From positions 1 through 35,506 of the IMG/VR virus record IMGVR_UViG_3300044646_000999: a DNA stretch of 35,506 nucleotides, one strand, 5' to 3'. This DNA comes from a virus. Taxonomy: Duplodnaviria; Caudoviricetes. The position numbers and the translations under genes are program-made. Below, piece by piece: positions 7,066-13,700 of this stretch (position 1 is the stretch's first letter; each line of letters opens with the position of its first letter). Below the pieces are notes generated by a model that was not told the DNA's origin, made no database searches, and worked only from the letters and a program-made list of their open reading frames with translations.

Positions 7066-7332
7066 TACGCGCAGACAAAAGGACGGAATGGAGAGGTGAA
7101 AAATTCGCATGTTGCGGGACCACCAACGCGACCGCTCGACACGCAAATCGTGCTCCTCGCGGAAACACACTCTCCATCCGTCAGTGGCCGGGGCACCATT
7201 CAACCACAAATCCACTCCGATCCTCACAACACGACGTCCTGAAAAAGCATTCTTGACGCGTAATGAATCGTAGGGCATTTTTCTACGATCACAGGTTTTC
7301 CCTACCGTTGTCCAGAACAGGATCGGCCAATC

Positions 7333-8259
7333 ATGCTCCTCAGCGACGCCTTCGACCTTTACGCCCGCAGGAAACTCAGGGACGGCAAACCCAGCACGTT
7401 CAACCAGTTTCACATGAGCATTGAACGCTTCAGCCGCTTCCTCGGCAGGCCCGCCACGACAGACGACCTGACGAACGACACGGTCGAGGATGTCATGTAC
7501 TGGATGAAGCGCGGCGACGATCCACACGTCCGCTGTCCGTCAGCGCCCAGGACCTGCAACAAGTTCCGCGACAACGTCCAAGCGCTCTGGACGTTCCTCG
7601 CCAAGAACGGACACATGGCGACGTTTCCCGTCATCAACAAGATGAAGGAACCAACCCGCATCCCCTTCGCATGGACACAAGCCCAGCTTGCCGCCCTGTT
7701 CGATGCCACGAACCGCGTCGAGTATTCCATCTCCGGCATTCCGGGCCGCATCTGGTGGCGGGCGCTGTGCTCCGTGTTCTACGACAGCGCCGAACGCATC
7801 GGCGGGGTCATGACGCTGGAGTGGCAGAACATCAACTGGGAATCCGGGTTCGCCATCGTGCGGGCCGAGGGACGCAAGGGTGGCCGTGCAGACAAGGCCC
7901 ACAAGCTCCACGCGAACACGATGATCCTGCTGCGCGAGATGCGACGGCTCCGGCCTGATGCCGACCGCGTCTTCGAGTGGGACCGTGCACCGACGCATAT
8001 CTACTCGAAGTACAAGAAAATCCTTGCCGACGCCAATCTCCCCACCCGCCGGGAGTGCATGTTCCACTGTCTCCGCAAGACAGCCGCCAGCCACTTCCAC
8101 GCGGTCGGTGGTGACGCCACGGAACTGCTCGGCCACGCGGATCGACGCACGACCTTGAAGTACCTGGACCCGACCGTGGGTGAGCGCCCGCACGCCTGCG
8201 ACCTCATGCCGCGACCCGCGAATGTCTCTGTTGCCCTGTTTGCTGCCGACATTGCTTAA
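7333..8259 (+). CDS. int: Tyrosine recombinase / phage integrase
   Basis: Catalytic residues R (AERIG), K (GRKGG), HxxR (HCLRK), LLGH and Y (TTLKYLDP), with an N-terminal SAM-like core-binding region. Confidence 0.93.
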   Translation: MLLSDAFDLYARRKLRDGKPSTFNQFHMSIERFSRFLGRPATTDDLTNDTVEDVMYWMKRGDDPHVRCPSAPRTCNKFRDNVQALWTFLAKNGHMATFPVINKMKEPTRIPFAWTQAQLAALFDATNRVEYSISGIPGRIWWRALCSVFYDSAERIGGVMTLEWQNINWESGFAIVRAEGRKGGRADKAHKLHANTMILLREMRRLRPDADRVFEWDRAPTHIYSKYKKILADANLPTRRECMFHCLRKTAASHFHAVGGDATELLGHADRRTTLKYLDPTVGERPHACDLMPRPANVSVALFAADIA

Positions 8260-8269
8260 AGGGAATCAC

Positions 8270-8503
8270 ATGGACGAAAAGGGCCGCGAATTCATCCGCT
8301 TTGAACGCTGCGAAAACTGCTGGTGGCGATCCGGGCCATACAACACCAACGCCGGAAACACGTTCAACGAGTGCCGCATCAATCCGCCTGTCGCCATGAC
8401 TGGGCCGCCACTCCACGACCTCCAAGCCGTGTTTCCACGAGTCGAGCTAACCGACTTTTGCAGCAAGTTCGAGCACCGCATCACCCCAAAGGACACGCCA
8501 TGA
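8270..8503 (+). CDS. Small Cys-rich putative metal-binding protein
   Basis: CENC...CRINPP...FPRV...DFC four-cysteine pattern. AAGGG SD. Confidence 0.7.
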   Translation: MDEKGREFIRFERCENCWWRSGPYNTNAGNTFNECRINPPVAMTGPPLHDLQAVFPRVELTDFCSKFEHRITPKDTP

Positions 8504-8754
8504 AGCACGGCATCCCCATGATCGCCTTCCTGATCGTCGCCGCCATCTGCGGGGCGGTCGGGTATGTCATCGGCGAAACACGTCGCCAACTGATGATGCA
8601 AGAGGCCGAGTTCAAGGGCTTCGGCAAAACGATGGTCGACACACGCACCGGCCAAGAGGTGTTCATTTGGGCCAGCGCGGACCTCAACCTTTGCGTCGAC
8701 TGGAAGTCCACGTATGCGGCCAACCCGCATCTCAAGCTACCCAATCGTCAGTAA
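8500..8754 (+). CDS. Small membrane-anchored protein
   Basis: N-terminal hydrophobic helix (MIAFLIVAAICGAVGYVIG), ATGA coupling and an AAGGA SD. Confidence 0.7.
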   Translation: MKHGIPMIAFLIVAAICGAVGYVIGETRRQLMMQEAEFKGFGKTMVDTRTGQEVFIWASADLNLCVDWKSTYAANPHLKLPNRQ

Positions 8755-9366
8755 TCCGTTGTTGAACGTGGTCGCAGTCCCACCGTCGACGCCAATGCTG
8801 ATCGTGTCGCCAGCCGTGAACACAACCGATTGCGTCTTCGTGATCGGCGTCACGCCCGACGAGAACACTTGCGTGTCATAGCCAGACCCGTTGATTGTGA
8901 CGATAACGGTCGTCGCGCTCGGGCTGACTTGGCTCACGTCGAACGAGTATTCCACATCGTAGGTGCCGCTCGTCGGGCACGTAAGCACCGTTCCGCTTGA
9001 CCACCAGCCTTCGGGGTCGTAGTTCTCGCCGTCCCACGACACGGACGCGGGCAACGCTGGTCCGGCGGACGTGCTGCCGTCGTAGACCTGCACGCCCGTC
9101 GTCGGCGTCGCCGCTTGAATTCCCGCCATCAACGCGAAGTTCCGCCGTCGCCCCGCTCGCGTCGTGCCACGGCTGAAATCCTGACCCGCTGGCAACCGGT
9201 CGTTCATCATCCGCAGCAGAGCCTGACCACGGCGCACGCTTGCCAGTGTGGTGCCGCGCGGGATTTTGTTCCCGGTCGTGCCCTCGCCGCTCGACTCGCC
9301 CGGCATCAACGCCAGTGAACGGCGTCGGCCTGCACCGGAGGAACCGCGATTGAAGCCTTGGTTCAT
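8737..9366 (-). CDS. C1q/TNF-like domain protein with N-terminal Arg-rich repeats (putative fibre or decoration protein)
   Basis: The C-terminal VSWDGENYDPEGWW...LTCPTSGTYDV...FTAGDTISIGV follows the C1q-type pattern. Three N-terminal RG(T/S)(T/S)..RR..AL repeats. Confidence 0.65.
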   Translation of the reverse strand: MNQGFNRGSSGAGRRRSLALMPGESSGEGTTGNKIPRGTTLASVRRGQALLRMMNDRLPAGQDFSRGTTRAGRRRNFALMAGIQAATPTTGVQVYDGSTSAGPALPASVSWDGENYDPEGWWSSGTVLTCPTSGTYDVEYSFDVSQVSPSATTVIVTINGSGYDTQVFSSGVTPITKTQSVVFTAGDTISIGVDGGTATTFNNGLLTIG

Positions 9367-9405
9367 TGCGAATCGGCCTCGGCGGATTGAACATCAATGA
9401 AATGA

Positions 9406-9450
9406 CCCCGTCCGCCGCAAAACCTTAGCAGGGGTGCGCGACGAACGGGG
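9406..9450 (-). terminator. 13-bp stem-loop; possible terminator or attenuator ahead of the C1q gene
   Basis: CCCCGTTCGTCGC pairs with GCGGCGGACGGGG (with GU pairs), followed by TCATTTCATT. The loop is large (19 nt). Confidence 0.4.
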
Positions 9451-9477
9451 CGATTCAGGATCAACAGCATGATTGTA

Positions 9478-9750
9478 TCACGACAAATCCGATGCGACAG
9501 CGGGGGCGACCGAATTTTCTGCATCGTGCAGCGCGACATTTTTTCGCAGACGCGCCCCGAATGCTTGTTTCTTCGCCCTTTTCAGCGTGCGATGCTTTGT
9601 CAGCGCCCGCAGCGCGATGGCCGAGATGTCGCGAATCTGTTGCGTCGGCCCGGACTGCGCTTGCTGCGCGATGTAGTCGGTCGGAACGTCGCCCCACAGA
9701 CGGCCCTTGAACTTGCCGAACGTCACAATCGACTTGGCCGTGACACGCAT
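9478..9750 (-). CDS. DUF3820 / exonuclease X-T C-terminal-like small domain protein
   Basis: VTFGKFKGRLWGDVPTDY matches the FGKxKG...DxPxxY motif. Confidence 0.65.
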   Translation of the reverse strand: MRVTAKSIVTFGKFKGRLWGDVPTDYIAQQAQSGPTQQIRDISAIALRALTKHRTLKRAKKQAFGARLRKNVALHDAENSVAPAVASDLS

Positions 9751-9759
9751 CCTTGCCCC

Positions 9760-10056
9760 CACACTTCACGTTAGATTGGAGTGAGCGCAGCGACCCCGTA
9801 CAGGGGGCCACTGCGCAAGCCTTCCTTCACGTTGAGTTGTCGTTCGCTTGCGTCGGAAATGACTTATTTTCGTGGTTTTCCCGATTTCACCCGCACCACG
9901 GGGAAGTACGCACTTCGCGCTAAGACCGTCCGTATGTCGTCGCCTCAACGGTCATCTTCGCTCTGATGGTGTGTTTTGGACGCGGTTCCATGCCACACCG
10001 GGCATTGTGCGATCCCCCGCAGGGGCGATCCGTCGCACGCCGGACTCCAAGTTTTC
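9760..10056 (-). ncRNA. ~300-nt highly structured leader or ncRNA
   Basis: No convincing ORF. It consists of consecutive stems (TTGGA/TCCAA junction, GACCGTT/GACGGTC, CGTGGT/ACCACG, a 13-bp stem at 9785-9816) and has its own promoter upstream. Confidence 0.5.
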
Positions 10057-10063
10057 GACGTGA

Positions 10064-10093
10064 ATTCTGGTCACACGAATCGTAAATTGTCAA
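10064..10093 (-). promoter_or_regulatory. Putative sigma70 promoter
   Basis: TTGACA-N18-CAGAAT, with the -35 overlapping the methyltransferase stop codon. Confidence 0.6.
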
Positions 10094-10734
10094 CCACCAT
10101 TTCGCGTCACCGACACAAACATTGACCCAAACCCGCGTGGGATAGGGATTTGCGCTCCGGAAATTCCAAGCGTGAAGTAGTTCGCGAGGATGTCCAATGC
10201 GAACACATTCGGCGGAATGAAGCAGTTCGACGGGTCCGCGACCACGTTTGGATGGTCCCACCGCTGGGCGTAGTGCAACATCAGCCGTCCGCCGGGCCGC
10301 ATGATCCGGTAGATTTCCCGCATGTATTTCAGGAACAGCGTGCTGCCGAAATGCACGAACGTGTCGAACGAGAACAGCAGATCGACCGAACAGTTCGGAA
10401 TTTCCGAAAGGTTGCCGTCCTTCGACACGATCAGGTCGAAGGGGTGCCCGAGCATATTGTCGAGCATGGGCCTCGCGGCGTCAGTTCCGTCGACGAGGAT
10501 CAGCTTGGCGTGCGGGTTGAGACGGCTGGCAATCTCCCGCGTCCACCGTCCGCCACCGGGTCCAATCTCGACCACGGTTCGCGGCTCCAAGGCGAGATGG
10601 TCACACAGGTGAGCGAAGACACCGCACATGGGCGGGTCCGTCACCTTGCCCCATTGCTCGCCATAGACGGCGTGCGGCGGCGGATCGACGAGCCAGCCTT
10701 CGAGCCATTGGACCTGTTTCTCGGCTTCGGTCAT
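10090..10734 (-). CDS. Class I SAM-dependent methyltransferase (small-molecule/glycan type)
   Basis: Motif I VVEIGPGGGRWT, LILVD, VDLLFSFDTFVH and IMRPGG. No DPPY/NPPY or PC motif of DNA methyltransferases. ATGA-coupled to the giant gene. Confidence 0.88.
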   Translation of the reverse strand: MTEAEKQVQWLEGWLVDPPPHAVYGEQWGKVTDPPMCGVFAHLCDHLALEPRTVVEIGPGGGRWTREIASRLNPHAKLILVDGTDAARPMLDNMLGHPFDLIVSKDGNLSEIPNCSVDLLFSFDTFVHFGSTLFLKYMREIYRIMRPGGRLMLHYAQRWDHPNVVADPSNCFIPPNVFALDILANYFTLGISGAQIPIPRGFGSMFVSVTRNGG

Positions 10735-13700
10735 CGCAGGGCGCTCCGTAGGCGGTTGAGCTTACCAGCCTTGGCGGTCGCGGAAATCGTCGACTCGGCC
10801 ATGTGCTCGCGGTAGGCGGTCAGAATCTCATCCCGAGACAGTCCCGACTCCTTGATGAAGTCGCGAGCCTTTTGCGTGTCTTCCGTCCAGCGATCCACTT
10901 CGTCCCGCTTCACCGGGCGGAACCGAGTCAGGTCGTCTACACCATTGGCGATCAGCTTGCGGGCCTCTTCGTCCTGCCCCCACTCCTTGGCCAGCAGCAG
11001 ACTCGCCACACGCTCCTGAACGGCGAACGCGGACTTCGACACGTCCCCCTTCTCGTATTGCTCGACGGCCACGCGGGACACGTCACGCTTCTTGGCGGCG
11101 TATTCCTTGATCTTGTCGGGGTCTTTCGTCGCACGCTGCAAGGCGGACCATGCGTCACGGGCGCGGTCGGCAGCTTCGAGCATCAGCCGCTTGTCGCGAT
11201 CCGCCTCGGTTTCCTTGCGGCGGGGATCGTTCGACCGCTCGTTGGCTTCCTTGATCTTGTCGTACAGAAACTCGGTCGACTTGTCGCGGTACGACAACTC
11301 CCCTTCCTTCCGCGTCTTGGGGGCGATGACACGCAGCGGGTCGGCTTCGGTGAATACCTTCTGGAAGTTGGAGAACTGGCCGCCCGTCATGGCGTCCGCT
11401 GCGTGCTCGACACGCATGGGAGATGCGCCAGCGAAACCGGCCAGCCATGCCAGTGGCGTCGTCTTGTCGGTGTACTGCTGGCTCGCCTCTCGCTTGGAAA
11501 CCACGGTCGGCTGAACGTCACCCTCTCGCATGTCGCGGTAGTTCGGAACGATGGGCGCCCCGGCGCGATCCGCCAACCCAGCCGCCCGAAACGCGATGTT
11601 GTCGCCCTGCCGCACGTCCTCGTTCATGAGTTGCGACAGAGCTTCGTCCATGACGGGGACGCCGGTCGCGGCAGAGTAGCCCAGCACGCTCAGGCTCAGC
11701 GACTTCACGCCTTCCATCAGACCACGGAAAGCATCCTCGTTCTGGCCCTTCAATGCGTGCAATGCCACCACAGCGGCCCCATGCGTCATCAGCCCGAACT
11801 CGGAATACTGCGGCAGCAGATACCACTTGCCGTCGTGCTTGACGTGCAGGTACTTAATCTTCTGCGTGATATCCGCCTCCAGGTACTCGTCGTCTTCCAT
11901 CGCCTTGGCCACGGCCAGCAGCCCGAGGATCGTCGCGTAGCCCATGACCTGCGTGACGTTCAGCGGATCATTCTTGATGGCCCGCAGCAGCGACATGCCG
12001 TGAACCACACCGGCGGACGAGTACGGGCGCAGCTTCTCCAGATACCGCATTGTGGAACCGCGACGGGCGTAGTTGCCGGTCGACTCCTTCACGGCTTCGG
12101 CCACGTCCATCCGCTGTTCGAGCGTCTTCGCGTCGCCGGGCTTGAGGCCCAATTCCCGTAGCTTCGACTGATACACCGCCAGCGCGGCGGCTTCCGGGAC
12201 GGTCCCAAACGCCGATCCGATCCAACGCGGAACTTCCGTCAGGCCCCACTTGAACAGGGCCATGCCGCCGTCTTCGTTCATGATCTGGTGGGGCGTCCGA
12301 CCAGCCACGTTGCGGGAAATGTTCCACGCCACGGATTCGTCGTTGCGGATGCTCGTCTCGAACGTCACCCCGTCCGCCCGCGCTTGCTCCAACTGGGCGA
12401 TGATGTTCTGGAAGTATTGGCCGGGGACGAAGCGGTCGATGGTCGACTTCTTGGCGGCAATCGCCAGCATGTTGACCATCATCTGACCCATCAATTCCCA
12501 GTGATTCTTTCCACGGCGAATCGTCGCTTGGAGCAGGTTCGTCGCCTCGTTCGCCTTGTTCGGGTCCGCAAACGATCCACCGATGGCCAGCATTTCCGGG
12601 ATCGAGAAGATTGTTTGCGTGAGGAACGCGAAGCGGGGATTGAACCCCGTGGCGAAGTTCTTGAGGATGCGGTTCGGCCCGACAACGAACCTGTCGATGA
12701 TCTTGCCGCCCATCATGCGACCGGCAAACGCGACCGGGTCCATCGCGTGCAGCAGCCGCACGACACCCTGATCGTTGATTTGGTAGCGGGCCAGCTTGCC
12801 CGAGCGGTCCACCGCCTCGAACGTCGCTAGCCCATCCTTGCCGGATTCTCCGTCCGCCAGCTTGAGGATGAACGGGGCCAATCCCGGAATCTTCGGGGTG
12901 TCCGCCATCGCCAGCACGGTTTCCAGCATGACACGCTCGTGAATCGCGGTGAGGCGGGCTTCCAGATTCATGACCGTCGCCATCAGCGGGTCTTTGATCT
13001 GGCGGTCGCTACCAATCAAACGGCGTCCAAGCTGCCCCGAAGCGGCGGATGCCGTGGGGCTTGCCGTCCGCTCGTCTTCAAAGTCACGGAGCAACGGGAC
13101 GTAGGCACCGGGGTCGCCGAGCGGGATGCCGTCCTCGTTCACCGCACGGATGCGATCCACCGACAACCGCAGCGTCGGGGATGCGTCGGCGGCGTACTGC
13201 AGGAGCAGGTCGTGGAACTCGTAGTAGTCGTCCAGAATCTCCTTGAAGTTCGGCTTGCCGTTGGTTCCGTCGAACTCCGCTTCGAGCAGCTTGATTGCGG
13301 CGGTCGCATCCGTGAGGGACAGCCCCGTCGCTCGCGGGTCGATTCGCTTGATCGTGACGTTCGGGCTTCGCATGTCGGGGTCCGGACCCTGTTGGTTCGG
13401 ATCGACCTGCACCATCCCGGCATTGTTCATGAACTGCAACACGCGGGCGTCGTTCATCCGGTCCAACGTGTCGGGGTCTTGCAGAGCGAATGTACGCTTC
13501 GCCAGCAGCAAGCGGTTAAAAGCGTCGATCCACTCCTTCTTGCCGAGCAGGGGGGCCAGCAATTCCCGCAGCGACTTCCCTTGCCGCGTGCCGTCCCACA
13601 TGACCGGCTGGCTGTCCAGCCACATTTGCGTATGGCTCGACGCCAAGCCGTGCAGATACACCAGCATCTTGTCGGGGCGCAGCCTATCCGGGATGCCAAG

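Noticed and set aside
7170-7200. GGGGCACCA resembling a tRNA 3' end as attP core
   Set aside because: No T-arm sequence precedes it, so the match is too short to support.
8215-8259. Integrase C-terminus (VALFAADIA) as an ssrA-like degron
   Set aside because: It does not end in the LAA/AA consensus and the resemblance is weak.
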